Notes: generated from the sequence alone by a model not told the origin. A stretch of DNA of 64,000 nt from an uncultured virus (IMG/VR IMGVR_UViG_3300020109_000014) (IMGVR_UViG_3300020109_000014); one strand, 5' to 3'; shown: positions 36,901 through 49,900, numbered from the stretch's first letter. Made by a program: numbers and translations.

Positions 36901-39900
36901 ATCCTGAAGTCAATATAATTGTTTTTGTGCCAGTAGTAAATTTAATTTCTTCAGAAGAATCATCATAAGAAACAGTGTTAATATCTCCAGTCCACTTACT
37001 GTTTTCTACTGGAGCAAGACCATTAGGAATTAAAATAATACCACTTAAATTTCCATTATCGTCTGTAATCAAAGAAGAATTAAATGTAGAAAGTGAATTT
37101 TCTGCAATACCAGTAAATTTAGTATCAGGAACAACCCAACGATTAATATTTCTACCTTCCATGAAAACAGAAATTTTAGTGTTGGGTTTTAATCTACGAA
37201 CAATAAATCTAACAGGAATAGATCTTACGAAAAATTGTAATCCAGTTGACACTTTGGTGTTATTAACAACTTTAGATCCAACACCTTTTGCTAATTCATT
37301 ATTTTGAGGGCTAACATTTGAACTACTCGACACAGAAGCAGAACTTACAGAAGATTTAATATCTTCACTATTAATGTTTGCTAAAGATTCTATATTGAAA
37401 AATGATTTATTAGTTCCAACCCAATTAATAATAAATGAGTTGTGTAAACTAGAAAATGATTCTTTTACATCACTTTTAGCTAAAAATATAGTATTTAATT
37501 TTGTATTACTATCTACTACCAAAGGAGCAGTTTTTGTATCATACCACTGATCTACAGTAGGAAAGATAGCACAATCTCCTACGTATTGTAGGACAACAAA
37601 TTCGTTTGGATTGATTGTTTTGGTGGCATTACTATTTCCTAATAATTTAACTTCTTTATATGGAAGAGTAATAATTCCATTATTATTGACATAACCAGAA
37701 ACAATACGTTGATCTTCTCTTATATTAACTTCTTTTAATCCAATGCTATCTTCTTTTGATTGAGGTCTCAACACAGATTGCTGAGTATCAATAGCACATT
37801 TATAATCAACTGATTGTAAATTACCAATTTTATGAGCTTCGAAATTATCTACAATAAAACCAGATTTAAATCTGTCCATTCCAATTTCATCTTTGACTTG
37901 CATGTTTAATGCTTGTTGTTCTAAGATGCTTAGTGTAGTATAATATTCTAAACGCTCAATTCTTTTTTCTAATTTGCCAATATCTCTCATTGTATAACGT
38001 TTGTTATCAACGGGAAGAATTCTAATATCTTTACTAGTGTTAGTAAATGATGGGATGTGTATGTAACACAAACTAATAGCATCATCAACTGCTTCTGGTT
38101 TTGAAGGATTTAATGAAGAATTACCTTCTTTAATTAGAAAATCTCCTTTCTTCGTTAAGAAAACACCATCAATTCTGTCTAGATACTGTGTTTCACTAAA
38201 TGACATTGTATACTCTAAATTAGAATCAGATGCTGGTGTAAGTGAAACTACACCACCAGCGCCAACAAAATTGACATAATCAAAATTGTTTGGATTTGAA
38301 AGAATAGATATATCTTGGAATCCAGTTATTGTAGTATTAGAATCTACTTTTGGTCTGAAATCAATAACGTCTTTTAATGAAACAACTCCATGTACTGTAG
38401 AATTAAAAGTAGGAATTAACTCCGAAGAAACTCCCGCTTCATGTAAGTATGAATCTACGGTACAAAAATCTCCTAAAGAATGCTCAAAGTAATCAAATGC
38501 TACAACTAATTGACCAGAAGGAGCATCAAATCCTGGTTTAAGAACAATTCTAGAAATATCGTAGAAAGTATCTCTTTGACCATCATCAAAAGTAAATTTA
38601 TAAGTAATATCCGTGCCACTAATTAAATTACCGTTAGCATCAACTTTAGGTGGATTAGTAGATGTACCCTCATAAACGTATCTTAGTTTATAGACATCAG
38701 AATATGAGAATACTTCAATTGTATCTGTATCATAATCTTTCCCCCTTAGTGGAATAACTTTATCTCCAGAAGATACAATTATAATTCTTTTGTTGCTTAT
38801 TGAAGTTTTTAATCTTGCTTTTGCTTTGTTAACTTCTACTGTGGCGGTAAGTTTTAATTTTGGATATGTTCCACCTTGATTAATAATACCGAAATACGTA
38901 TTTGGTAAATTGATGACAAAAGAACCAGCTGTAACTTGAGAATTTGTATTAGTTGATTGAATAACCTGTACTACAGAAGGATCTGTAAAATCGATGTAAA
39001 CAATATCTCCATTATCAACAATAGTTGATGATCCTTTATCTAATACTGTTAAAATATAATTATTTTCTGTCGGAGTAACAAATCTTTGTGTTCCTACAGG
39101 TAATTGAGCGGAGAATGTGATTGTTCCACCACTTGATGATAAATCAGTAGTAAAATCTTTTCTGATATAATATTTAAATTTTGTGTCGCTGTTGTCATTA
39201 ATTAAAGATTTTAATTGCTTGCTGCCAGTTGGATAAATTAATGAAGAAGTAGAAACATTTTCTACATTTGGACGTACACGTATTATACTACTGTTAGTAA
39301 TGTTTGTTTGTAAAGCATAATCCAAATAGATTCTAGATTTTGTAGTTCCTTGTGGATCCGTTACATATTGTACTATAGTCTTTACTACATTATTATTGGA
39401 ATCATTGAATTGTATGATGTCGCCTTGTATAAGATCTCTTGACAAACTAGCACCAAATCCGCTACATTCAAGATATTTTTCTCCCTTCAATCCAGAAAAA
39501 GTAAAATTAGTAATTTGTAAATAGGAAGAATATGAAGTATCTGTTAAATCAACGTCAGATGTAAATTTATACTGATTATAATCTGAAGCAAATGATTTAA
39601 TATTTTGAGGTGTGTAAGTTAATACAGTATTTTTAAATAATACTGGAGTAATATTAGCTACATTTGCTGGAACTGTTGGCGTTGGGAAAGCAGTAACAAC
39701 AGGAGGCGCCGCATATGTTTCCGATAATACAGTTCTATTTAAAATAACTGCCCTGTAAATTCTACCACCGAACGCGTCAACTCTTATATTAGCAGCATCT
39801 ATTGTAGATCCATTAATAATTAATTTTGTGCCATCATTATTATAACTATTACCGCCGTAGTTAACAATAAAATGGGAGATAGTATTTTCTGTAGCAATTT

Positions 39901-42079
39901 TAACAGAATTACCATCCTCATCAAAAATTGTTTCTCCTGGTAAAAATGTTCCAGATAAAGTTGATACAAATAAAGTATTTCCAAAAGTGTAATTTTCTGT
40001 TGTGTCGTTTTCAATTACACCATAAGCTCTACTAGTTTTTCCTGTAATGTATTTTCCTGTAGAAAATCCTGTATCAATTACAGATTCTGTAATAATCTTG
40101 GTAAAGAATACTGGATTAAAATATGAAAAATTGAATGATGCTGTATAAGGAGTCAACGGGTTGTTTATGTCCGTACCAGATCCTACCTTTCCTCTTGAAA
40201 GTATAATATCAGTATCTTCATTAAATCCGTTTGCTCTCTTATTAAAAGAAAAATCTTTTGGTTTTGCTATTCCAATAATAGGGGTAATAGTTGGATTATA
40301 ATCGACAATCCACCCATAATAAGCCGTCCCAGCGGCAAGGGCATTTTGCTCTGTGAGGTAAAGATATCTTAATTTAGCTGCTCCAGCATCATCATATTCT
40401 TTAAAGTAAGTATCTAAGTAAGACTTTTTACCAAGAATAGTTAACTCTACGAAATATTGGTCTGGAGAAGGTGAAACTTGGGGTCTATTTACTAAAGAGT
40501 GACCAATTACGTCAACATAATCTACACTAGATGGAACACTTCCTGATCTTGTTTTGATAAACCAAAGTTTTGTTGGATATTGAGATGCCAGTGTTGGCAA
40601 ATCGCCTTGTATTTGGACGTAAATAGTTTTAGTAGCATCAGATAAACTAAATTTTTGTGATCTTCTATCTACGGTTTGTTTAAAATAAGTATCAGTTTCG
40701 GTGTTATTTAAACCAATGGTGCCATCGTTAAATAAACCATTTAGAAAAACATTGGGATAAGCAGTTAATTCATCACCAACTGTATTTAAAGGAACGCTTC
40801 CATAAACATTAGTAATTTTAAAGTTTGATAAACCTTTAGATTTTAGTGTTACGTTATCTTTTGTTAAAGTATCTCTAGCTTTATTTACTGTTAGATATTT
40901 TGTTTGCTTATTTACAATTTCATATCCTCTCACATAAGCTTTTCCTGGTCCAACTCCAAGGACCATTTTAGTGCTTGCTTCCGTTTCAGAAAGACCATTT
41001 ACTAATTTAGTTGATGGATTATATTGATAAAATCCATCGTTGCCATTTCTTTGATAATATTCTCTAATATCTAATGAAAAATCATTAACAACATAATCGC
41101 CAGATTCGTCGTATGTTCTTCGTGCTAAAGTTTCTTCTAATAAAGTATAATCAGCTGGTTTAATTAGTGATTCGATAGAACCAGATCTGATCTGTAGTAA
41201 TTGAATAAAATTCTTATCAGTTACAGCATTATAATCAAATCTCTTTAATTCTAAAGAAATTTTTAATCTATGAGCACCAGGAGAAGAATAGTTTGAATAA
41301 CCTCTAGCAATATCATATAAAGAAGGATCTTCTTCTGGAGTAACAATATCTTCTACAATCGTAAACCCAATTTTTGCTGATGGTTTATCGTAATATTTGT
41401 CAATAATTAATAATTGGGAATCGTTCCTTACAAAATATCCATTTACAAAATAGATTCCTTCCTGTACCTTTACAGCAGAAGCAAATCCCATCGCTGGGTT
41501 ATTTAGATTAAGAGTGTCTTCTGTAATTGGATCAATAACTGTAATGCTTGTTGGTAAAACACTTCCATCAGTACCTACTACAAGTAATGGTGTATTAATT
41601 CCATCAACAACTTCTAACGTTTCACCTTGTCTAAAAGTAGATTCATTATTGGAATCACCACTTGTCAAATATGTTACATACAATGTATCGGAGTCTGTTT
41701 CCGTAGCATATTGAGAATCAATTACATTAGCAATAACATTAGAATTAATTCCTCTTAATTTTAATCCAATAAGAGTCTTAATATCATATTTTTTGTATAC
41801 AATATTTTCTCCTTCACTAACAGCTACTTCAGATACAGAAGACAACTTAACGTAGTTTATTTTTGTATTTAACCCAACTTCACCAGGAACTACTTGTTCT
41901 CCCTGCTTAAAATTAAATTTACCATAACTTTCAATCTGTGATTGAAGAATTGATTGTAAAGTTGTTAATTCTCTAGTTTGAACAGCATATCCAGGTCTAA
42001 AAAGAACCTTATAAAAATTTTTTGACTGATCAAAATCGTCAAAATATGGAACTACGTTAAGTGGTGTCTTCTGTGGCAT
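33968..42079 (-). CDS. Large virion structural protein, VrlC/DUF4815-like (2703 aa)
   Basis: PYFDDFD..KNFYKVLFRPGYAVQTRELTTLQ, PGAHRLKI, LARRTYDESGDY, RYTMRDIGKLEKRIERLEYYT and PLAQTF motifs. Confidence 0.88.
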   Translation of the reverse strand: MPQKTPLNVVPYFDDFDQSKNFYKVLFRPGYAVQTRELTTLQSILQSQIESYGKFNFKQGEQVVPGEVGLNTKINYVKLSSVSEVAVSEGENIVYKKYDIKTLIGLKLRGINSNVIANVIDSQYATETDSDTLYVTYLTSGDSNNESTFRQGETLEVVDGINTPLLVVGTDGSVLPTSITVIDPITEDTLNLNNPAMGFASAVKVQEGIYFVNGYFVRNDSQLLIIDKYYDKPSAKIGFTIVEDIVTPEEDPSLYDIARGYSNYSSPGAHRLKISLELKRFDYNAVTDKNFIQLLQIRSGSIESLIKPADYTLLEETLARRTYDESGDYVVNDFSLDIREYYQRNGNDGFYQYNPSTKLVNGLSETEASTKMVLGVGPGKAYVRGYEIVNKQTKYLTVNKARDTLTKDNVTLKSKGLSNFKITNVYGSVPLNTVGDELTAYPNVFLNGLFNDGTIGLNNTETDTYFKQTVDRRSQKFSLSDATKTIYVQIQGDLPTLASQYPTKLWFIKTRSGSVPSSVDYVDVIGHSLVNRPQVSPSPDQYFVELTILGKKSYLDTYFKEYDDAGAAKLRYLYLTEQNALAAGTAYYGWIVDYNPTITPIIGIAKPKDFSFNKRANGFNEDTDIILSRGKVGSGTDINNPLTPYTASFNFSYFNPVFFTKIITESVIDTGFSTGKYITGKTSRAYGVIENDTTENYTFGNTLFVSTLSGTFLPGETIFDEDGNSVKIATENTISHFIVNYGGNSYNNDGTKLIINGSTIDAANIRVDAFGGRIYRAVILNRTVLSETYAAPPVVTAFPTPTVPANVANITPVLFKNTVLTYTPQNIKSFASDYNQYKFTSDVDLTDTSYSSYLQITNFTFSGLKGEKYLECSGFGASLSRDLIQGDIIQFNDSNNNVVKTIVQYVTDPQGTTKSRIYLDYALQTNITNSSIIRVRPNVENVSTSSLIYPTGSKQLKSLINDNSDTKFKYYIRKDFTTDLSSSGGTITFSAQLPVGTQRFVTPTENNYILTVLDKGSSTIVDNGDIVYIDFTDPSVVQVIQSTNTNSQVTAGSFVINLPNTYFGIINQGGTYPKLKLTATVEVNKAKARLKTSISNKRIIIVSSGDKVIPLRGKDYDTDTIEVFSYSDVYKLRYVYEGTSTNPPKVDANGNLISGTDITYKFTFDDGQRDTFYDISRIVLKPGFDAPSGQLVVAFDYFEHSLGDFCTVDSYLHEAGVSSELIPTFNSTVHGVVSLKDVIDFRPKVDSNTTITGFQDISILSNPNNFDYVNFVGAGGVVSLTPASDSNLEYTMSFSETQYLDRIDGVFLTKKGDFLIKEGNSSLNPSKPEAVDDAISLCYIHIPSFTNTSKDIRILPVDNKRYTMRDIGKLEKRIERLEYYTTLSILEQQALNMQVKDEIGMDRFKSGFIVDNFEAHKIGNLQSVDYKCAIDTQQSVLRPQSKEDSIGLKEVNIREDQRIVSGYVNNNGIITLPYKEVKLLGNSNATKTINPNEFVVLQYVGDCAIFPTVDQWYDTKTAPLVVDSNTKLNTIFLAKSDVKESFSSLHNSFIINWVGTNKSFFNIESLANINSEDIKSSVSSASVSSSSNVSPQNNELAKGVGSKVVNNTKVSTGLQFFVRSIPVRFIVRRLKPNTKISVFMEGRNINRWVVPDTKFTGIAENSLSTFNSSLITDDNGNLSGIILIPNGLAPVENSKWTGDINTVSYDDSSEEIKFTTGTKTIILTSGSSGSITDNVDTFAEVKFYATGILPENPSSIVSTAPSFFKANEGVQLINNNTQSKIKPNPLAQTFKVENYDGGVFTTGLDLFFSAKSSKIPIRVYISNIDTDKPGKYIVPGTESTLYPDTYLKVYLTGDVETIKIKKSEVVVGKNSNASGPISKVYDKNNILVGDENSTEFELNKEQVYTLVLSNHNGKSFVGGSTGEPLTIPSVTTYNATNNKSALISITKDSGRVVDLKVTNLGENYESASIVIESPQLPGGSTATGSVDVSNGTIYNANISLSGRGYTEPPSVVIKGIGTGSGGATIESLIEIDTPSVRMGIAVDSDGAIVSTTPTRFAFEYPVYLQNDVKYALNIETDSIDYLLWASKLGEVEKATSAVVTTQPLLGSVYKSQNTDNWTEDLSEDIKFTMYRAEFNISKSGELLLSNKPLGYELLDKDPFETSVRSNTNATSPLFKNNNYIVKLFHRDHGFEDKGNSYAFYRNVEDVGGISSVLLNAELFKVSNSGIDTYNILGPNRAGSSTFGGGNKVLATYNRKYEKLYAQVAYLQVNSTKIDSYVKTTNIVPVDSNTTNYISYSQSEYEKTFINDEHFFTNQKVIASRVNETMNEIGNSLTYKFLLSSKSTNLSPVIDLRTSSIKTISNRVENSAGKENRYGKRNQVLSFLPIYNLSIAVLGAANSIEANQTFIGNSSKAEGSVISLSGSTAQVKLKTKTPFIKNETVTVKLTNGTTLTSVTVTITDISELTYTFDENSNIVSYFPQNTSISYPNKINGKVVSWDSEDKELIVENSYAPINNNYTSEITTNSPYTRAENYDSQIPDIFRAGDVIKSADGKYVEVDQMTFTYGVDYVEETNSKNSSSLAKYVTKEVSINNPGTSIDFRMTANIKDTENIKVLYKIKLSSVQSNFEDINWEYFNVDGSPNNKDLAKPANSISGQFEKQDFYQELKYSASNLPEFASFAIKIIMKTDDPAYVPKIQDIRAVASY

Positions 42080-42118
42080 TGTAAATTATTCTCTATAAAA
42101 TTAACGAGAAATTTATAA

Positions 42119-43945
42119 TTAAAATTCAATTACTAATTTAATATCTTCAATCTGATCAGCAGCTCTTGTAATTAATCTTCTGTTTTCAACATAGATTACT
42201 TCGCCACTGTTTGCTTCAATTTCTGGTGAAGCTTGACCATTTAAGAATGTAACTCCCAAAATAGTTCCATTGGTGGTAGCATCAACAGTTCCTGAAGCAC
42301 CAGATGATCCTCCTACAATTGGATTAGCACCTGATGATATAAAACCTCTAACAATACCTTGATAAGCATGTAGATCTGGAGTTTGAATATATTTAAGAAC
42401 ACCAGAAGTTGTTGAACCGCTATCTAGGGTCCAAGAAACTACAGTGCCATAAGCATCCACACCGCTAACTGTTTGTGTAATAATTTCATCTGCTTGATAT
42501 CCCGCTGTTGCCCCAGTAATTTTTACAGCGTATAAATTATTTAAAGTATCGATAGTAGCATAAGTTGTTGTTCCGTAGGTATATGGATCTCTCATAATTC
42601 CAATTCTACGGAAATCATTGTCAACTGGGAAATCACCAGAACCTTCAGCATATGTAAGACGAATATTTGTCATGACACGTTTGCCATTAAGTTCTTGTTC
42701 CATATTGGCGCCACCATGACCACCTTGAGGAGGCAGAATCACAAATAAAGAACCAGTAGCAGTTCCTCCAACAGTTTGTGAAGCAGTTAAAGCAGAATCT
42801 GTGAATAAACCATAAGCAGCAGCTCCAGCACCAGTACCAGTTGCCAAAGGAACCGAAGCATAAGTATATCCACTTCCTTTATCAGTAACAGTTGATGAAG
42901 TAACAGATCCACCAGCAATAACAACAGTTACTTTGCCGCCAGATCCGTCACCAACAATTGGAGCATAGAAAGTACCATTTGGTAAATTAGCACCAGGATC
43001 TCTAACAAGAACAACATCAACAGCACCAGCAACGGCAGCAGCTTCTACAGCAGCTCTAGAAGCGTTAGTTTTTTGAACAATAGGAATAAAATCTGTAGAT
43101 AGGAATCTAATTACATCATCAGTTGGAATAGTATACATATACTTCCAAACATATCCAGCTGTTCCTGCTTCTTCCTTATAAAGTCCAGCAGCATATGTGC
43201 CTGATCCTGGTGATGGAGTTGTTTTTGGTTCACTAGTAGCATTTTGACCAGATTGATATAATGGTGTAGTACCATTATATAAGCATTTAAATACTTCGTA
43301 TTGAGAATTAATTACATAGAATTTAGCATCAGCAATTGATGCAGCTCCCGTAGCACTTTGATTTCCGATGATACCATTCGCTGTGGCAAAATAATCTGGT
43401 CTCCACATATCATATTTTGGATTTGCTGTTAAATCCCAATTGTATCTTCTAATTACAGTTCTAGCAAAGTCTGAAGTAATTCTTTTGGCAGCAATGATAT
43501 CATCATATAATTCAAACTTTTCCTTTAAATTATCTAAAGGAAGTGGTGGTACATCTTCTGTAGCATATCTGTATACACCTGTTAATGCTCGAGCCCCAGT
43601 TTCTGCTGTGCCGTCCCAACATTTAAGAGTGGAACCTAATGTAGGAGCAGAACTAACAGTAGGACCAATAGAATAGAGGAGAAGACTATCTTCACGAACT
43701 TCTCTAATTACTCCTTTGAAAGTAGCACTAGCATAGTTGTTACCAACAAATACTGTTTGCCCTACAGCAAAAGCAGTTGAATTTCTGTTATAAATTTCTA
43801 AAAAAGCATCCCATCTTTGAGGACGCCCAACAAAGAAATACATTCTTGTACGCTCTTCGCCAACATCACTAGAACCTTCCGAAAGGGATTCTAGAAATTG
43901 CTGAGCATTAAAAATTCTAAATTTATCGGAGATAATAGCAGGCAT
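42119..43945 (-). CDS. gp8: Baseplate wedge subunit gp8
   Basis: MPAIISDKFRIFNAQQF, VFKCLYN, GYVWKYMYTI, NDFRRIG and C-terminal YVENRRLITRAADQIEDIKLVIEF. Confidence 0.92.
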   Translation of the reverse strand: MPAIISDKFRIFNAQQFLESLSEGSSDVGEERTRMYFFVGRPQRWDAFLEIYNRNSTAFAVGQTVFVGNNYASATFKGVIREVREDSLLLYSIGPTVSSAPTLGSTLKCWDGTAETGARALTGVYRYATEDVPPLPLDNLKEKFELYDDIIAAKRITSDFARTVIRRYNWDLTANPKYDMWRPDYFATANGIIGNQSATGAASIADAKFYVINSQYEVFKCLYNGTTPLYQSGQNATSEPKTTPSPGSGTYAAGLYKEEAGTAGYVWKYMYTIPTDDVIRFLSTDFIPIVQKTNASRAAVEAAAVAGAVDVVLVRDPGANLPNGTFYAPIVGDGSGGKVTVVIAGGSVTSSTVTDKGSGYTYASVPLATGTGAGAAAYGLFTDSALTASQTVGGTATGSLFVILPPQGGHGGANMEQELNGKRVMTNIRLTYAEGSGDFPVDNDFRRIGIMRDPYTYGTTTYATIDTLNNLYAVKITGATAGYQADEIITQTVSGVDAYGTVVSWTLDSGSTTSGVLKYIQTPDLHAYQGIVRGFISSGANPIVGGSSGASGTVDATTNGTILGVTFLNGQASPEIEANSGEVIYVENRRLITRAADQIEDIKLVIEF

Positions 43946-43981
43946 TTAATTTTCTCTATGACGGGACAGGTTTTTCTAAGT

Positions 43982-43995
43982 TATTTATATTTATA
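43982..43995 (-). promoter_or_regulatory. Two overlapping late promoters TATAAATA upstream of gp8
   Basis: tatttatatttata on the + strand. Confidence 0.75.
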
Positions 43996-43999
43996 CTGT

Positions 44000-46900
44000 T
44001 TATCCAGGACCTGGATCTAATGGATAATCCAATGGCAAATCAGCAATTTCGATAGATCTAATATAGTCGCCAGGAGGATGTGTTTGACCTCCAGTATCTA
44101 AATAACCTCTATCTAATCCAGTAAATCGATCATTTTGTTTTCCAGAGTATCTAACTATTTCTTTGTTAATTAATAACAATCCAGATGATGGAAATCCTTT
44201 TGTGCTTGTAACATATACAACAGTAGTTGATGGTGATAATGGGGCATCCAAATATGCTCCAAATTCTTGTACAGACGCTGGAACTAAATCAAAAATTCTG
44301 CCATCTTCCAGATAATGAGAAAGGTTTCTCGTTTCAAATTGTTCAATAGTCAGATTAGGATAATAATATTCAAATTCTTCTAAGGTCATTCCTGATACAT
44401 TGGAAGAACCACTGCCAGTAAAAGCATTGTTTTCATATAATCCTATATTCCATCCAGCATTTGTTAATCCATATCTACCATCAAAAGATTCTGATGATTT
44501 ATAATCAAACAATCCAACATCAATATAACGGTCAATTTCTCTAGAAGTATCTACAATAGTAGTAGATTGTAATTCTGGTCTTATTGTGGTTGTGATATTT
44601 GGTAAAATTGCTGGTGATATAGTTGTAGAGGATTTCTTAATAATATCAGTAGAAATAATATTTGATACAGCAGCAAAAGCATAAGAAACCATTGATTGTT
44701 GTGGTTTCGGTGTAATAATCTCATTTATTTGGATATCAGTATTAATTTCACCAAGAGATTGTCCCACAGAAACAATCTGATTAGATACACCTAATGTTCC
44801 GTTTGCTATTATACTAATTCTAGAAGAAGAAATTAAACCTTGTAGATATATTTTTGGTATAAGTTCAAAACTAGTTACACTATCAATTTTTCTTTGATTA
44901 GATTTAATTCTATTATAACCTCTGGCAACAACCACCTTTGGAGCTTCTGTATATCCAGATCCACCATCAAGTAAAACAATATCTAAAATATCTCCACCAT
45001 ACGATATAACTTCTGCTCTAGCGCCACCACCTTTTTCTGTTTGAGGAACAAATTCAATTATAGGTGTTGTGTAATACTGATATGCTGTTGGTTGTAGTAA
45101 AACATTTTGACTAAAGAATAATTGTAAATCTCTCTTATTCCAAATTAAATCTATAACAGAACCATCGTTGTCAATAACAGCATTAATACTTAAACCTTCA
45201 CCTCTAGTTATTTCATTATAATTTGTTACTGTAATTTTAGAATAAAAATCATTAGTAATGATTTCATCATCATTATAATTTTTTGGTTTTACTATATCAG
45301 GAACATTTATGATTTCTCTGTAAGATTTTTCTCCATCAATCTGAATTAAATCACCTTCAACTAAAGAATTGAAATGTTTTGTTTTTCTGTAAGATTCAAT
45401 TTGATCTCCGAGAGAATAACCATATAACCATAATGGTTGTTTTTTACCTTTAACTAATATTCTTTCTCCGTCTGAATTTACAGCATAAGATGAATTTATA
45501 GTGTATGATCCAGACAAAGTATAATCATACTTGTCATTAACTCTAAACACTAAATTATTAGAAGTAATAATTGAATCTAAAAGATTTATTGGTGTTAATA
45601 AAATTAATCTAAGATCGTTAGCAATTTTATCAACTTTTTTCAATTCTCCTAATAAAATATTATTTTGTAGTACTTTTACATTTTGAGAATAAAATTCTGG
45701 TGAATGATTACTATAAAGATTTGTTAAACTATCAAAATTTGGAATAAGATTTACACCAGATAGTGTTAATGATATTTTATTATAAAAAGTATCTGCTTCA
45801 AAATCATACACTGTTAATGTTTTTGGTAAATCTCTACCATATAGCAAGATAACAGAAACATCTTGATAAGTTTCAAATCCATCTTTGGCAATATATTTTT
45901 GTATAGGAGATGTAAAAGTAATATTAGGACCTACAATTTCATATGATTTATTTTCTTGTTGTAAAACACCATCAATAAAAACTAAAGCAAAGTATGAGTC
46001 ATCTATTTTTCTTACTCTACCACTAACTTCATCTTTAATTAAATATGGACCTGCTCCTCTATATTGAATAACCTCAGTATCAATAGTTAATCGTTCATAA
46101 CTACCTACAGTGTAAATAAAGCACTTTTCTGGTAAATCTTCAGTAGTTACTGGATTTAATGGTGGTTGAGAAAATACAATCTTATCAGTTTCGTTTGGAT
46201 CTTCTGATCTATCAATATAATAAGAATTGCCATAAGGAGTATTAGAATCTATTTTTGATTTTTGTAATACTCCATTTAAAAATACCAATAAATTTTCGTT
46301 TTTATCTGTCTTTACTATAGTATTATCAGAATAGTACAAATTAAAAACTGTATCTACCCCATCAAACAATGGCGTGATATCTTTGAGTGGTTTAAAATAT
46401 CTATCATTTAAACCGCTATTTTTAAACTTGATTAATCTTCCATAAAAATTTTGACTTTCTACTAATTGACCCTCTATAATTCTATCACCAAGAGGAGGTT
46501 CTGAAAAAGAAATTTGAGTGCCAGAAACAGTAAATGCTTCTTCTGGATGTTGAACTATACCGTCCAAAGAAATAATTAAATTTTCTGAATTACTGACACT
46601 GATTGGTAAATTAGTTTTTTTATCATACATTGTGAAAACTCTATCACCATCTGCTTTAGAAGTGTCATTACTAAAGTCACCATTAAATGGAGTAAGCAAT
46701 CCTATTTCTCTAGCAAATAATTCAGAAGAATCAAACGTATCTACGGATATAGATCCAATACCTCTCTCAACAATTAAACTATCGACAGATAAAGTTGATG
46801 TTGTGATTTGCTTTTTAGTTGTTACTACAGTTAAAGAAATTGGTGGTAAAGATATACAACTATATGATTCTATTACTTTTTGATTGGTGGGCATTCTAGT

Positions 46901-49900
46901 AGAAGCCGCAGACTCAATTAAAACTTCACCAAATAATTGGAATCCAGCTGGATGGGTAGTTTGTTTAATTAAATCTCGCCAAACATCAACAGGAGTTCTA
47001 GATTTAATTACATAAGAATAATCTTGATAAAAATAAGAATCAGTTAATTTTTGGGAGTTTGTACTTAATTTTCCTCTGTCAGAAGCATAATATCCTAAGT
47101 TATCATATGATGTCTGAATTTGTGGAACAAACTCAGTGTAAATTTGATTTTCAATTACAGCTGTATTTTTACTAGAAAGACCTTGTATTGATTCGCCAGA
47201 AACAAATATGCCATCTATTCTATCAACTTTTAATAAATTTGTTCTTGACCTCCACCCATTTTTAGATACCCTAGCTCTAGATTTTGTTGATGGTTGGTAT
47301 ATAATTTCCCCTTCACTAAATTCTTTGTCACCAATATTTTTTAAAACTAATGTTGTATTTGATTTGAAGGATGGTAACGTTGATTTGTCATTATTAAATG
47401 ATACTCCATTCTGGATAATTTTTACATTTTGTGGAATGCCAATATTATTTGAGCTCAAGTAAATTTTTACATCTGTTTCAATAATTTCTGCTGTTGGTTT
47501 GTAAGAATAATTTAATCCTCTATCAGTTACTTTAACATTTTTAATTTTGCCGTTTAATGTGATAATATCAAATTTAGCACCAGTACCATCACCATTAGTA
47601 ATAACTAATTGTGGTTTTGAATAATTTTGTCCTTGATTATTAATTATTACACCAGAAATTTGTTTTTTGATTGAGTCATAAGAAATTTCAACTTCTGCTT
47701 TTTTTGAACTAGTTGGGACAACTCCAACAACAGAAGGAATTTTTTTATAGTTGGAACCAGTATCTAAAATTTTGATGCTATTAATTTTTCCTATGGCATA
47801 TTCAGATGATGTAGTATATCGAATATTTCCACTTCCATCATAAGCTGGAATATTTGACAATGAATATACAAATCTATTATCCGTAGTGTATGTTATAATT
47901 TTTTCGCCAATTAAAGGATCATTTATTATTCTTAAATAAGAATTTTTGGTATTTACATTATTTGAAGCTTTAATAAAATAAAAGAAAGCACTATAATTCA
48001 AAGGCACTTTATCTTCATACGAATTTAAAGAAATACTTGGACCAAATCCAAATTTTACCGAAAGAAAAGATCCAGCATTTCCTGGTGAAATATTATTTGT
48101 ATATTTCTCTTCAGTAAAAATATTATAATTGGCGCTAGCAGAAAAATCTAAATATGTACCAAGCATAGAGTAATGACTGGTATCAAATTTATATTTGTAA
48201 TACTTTTGTACATCAATAATAGGATTTGTTACAAACGATATATTATCTCTAGAAAATTCTAATTGATATTCTGGGCTTGAAGTAGTTTTTAAAGTAACTA
48301 ATTTTGCTGGAATACTATTATCATAAAAAGTAGAACTTAATAATAAAATAATTGGTGATTCAATACCATATTGATAAGAAACAAAAATTTCTTTATCTGT
48401 ATTGTTATATGAAATATAAAATGGTTTACTTTGATCATCACCAAATGGTCTATATCCAGCGTTGAATCTGTAATTGCCTTTATATAAACTAACTTCTTTG
48501 CCATCATAATGATTGACTGGGGTAGTTCCTAACTGTGCTCTTAGAATAGATACTTTTTTATTATTTGTGTCTACCGAAGTAATTTTTACAATCTCTTCAC
48601 CTATGAGTAAGTAATCATCATTTGAAAGATTTAAAACATTATCTAACTGTAATGATGTGTTATCATATCCTAAACCAACATGATCAACTTCTATTAAAAT
48701 TCTTTGATTATTAATAGAACCATTCGATCTGAATAAAATGTCATCTGGAATAGTTAGACGATCACCTCTTCTATAGTTTTTTCCTTTGTTTGTGAATGTA
48801 ATACTTTGGATACCACCATAACCACCTGGCGTAACAACTACTGTTGCTTTAGCGTTATATGGATCTCCTGGTTTTCCAATATTTTTTCTAGATAATGTTT
48901 GATCTTGGAAAATTAATTCTACATCAGTATAAGTGTCTGATAGATAATCTAATCCTGTATTTAAATAAGTGAAATTTCCTATCCCAGTATCTTTAATAAT
49001 AGAAGAATGTGAAACTTCATTTAAAATTGCTGATTGATATAATCTTTTTCTGACATAATAAACAGTCTCAGTTAAATTATCATCTGGAGTTATATCAATA
49101 TTAATTCTATCATTTACTGCTAATTGGTGTGGTTGATCTGTATTGACGATTGCTATTTTATCGTCTACACTAAAAATCTCTAAGTTTTCGCTTAAGGAAA
49201 AGATATTTAAAATTTTAGCTTTAGGAGTGTCATTTAAATTACTACTTTTTAAAAAGTAATCATCATCTACAATAAAATCTGTTGTATATCCTTGTAAAGG
49301 AATTACTTTAATTTTTAATGAGTTTTGTCTATTTGTTCCTTCTAAAACTTCTCCAGTAGCAATATTAGAATCTTCTTTATCTTCGCCATCTGTTAATGTA
49401 ATTATAGAACCCTTAGTAAAACTAGCATTTTTATCTAAGATTATATTAATGACTTTAGTTTCAGAAAATAGTTTGTTTGTAGTATTAAATGATTTTAAAG
49501 TATTAGTGACAGCAAATTCACAGTCTCTTAATACAAAAGCTTTATCATTGAATACATCTCCAATTAAAGTTCCTGCTGCTAAAACTTCACCAGTGCTATC
49601 TCTTTGCTCTATAGTATCACCATTAAACAAATAAGCATTTCCTTTAATGTTTATTTGTACCGCTTTAGTTTCGGTTGATTCTATAGATAAAACATTTTTT
49701 CCCTTTACAGAAGAAACACTAGCAGTGGCACCAAATCCTTCAGTAAAATTATTGTCAATAATCAAAGAATTGTTGACGGAAAAATTTGGAATAGAATTTT
49801 CTATAAGAACAGAAGAAATATTTCCACTTTTTACATCTTGTATAAAAGTATATAAATTTTCTCCATTGCTCTCAAAATAATTTGTTTTTAATCTCTTGAC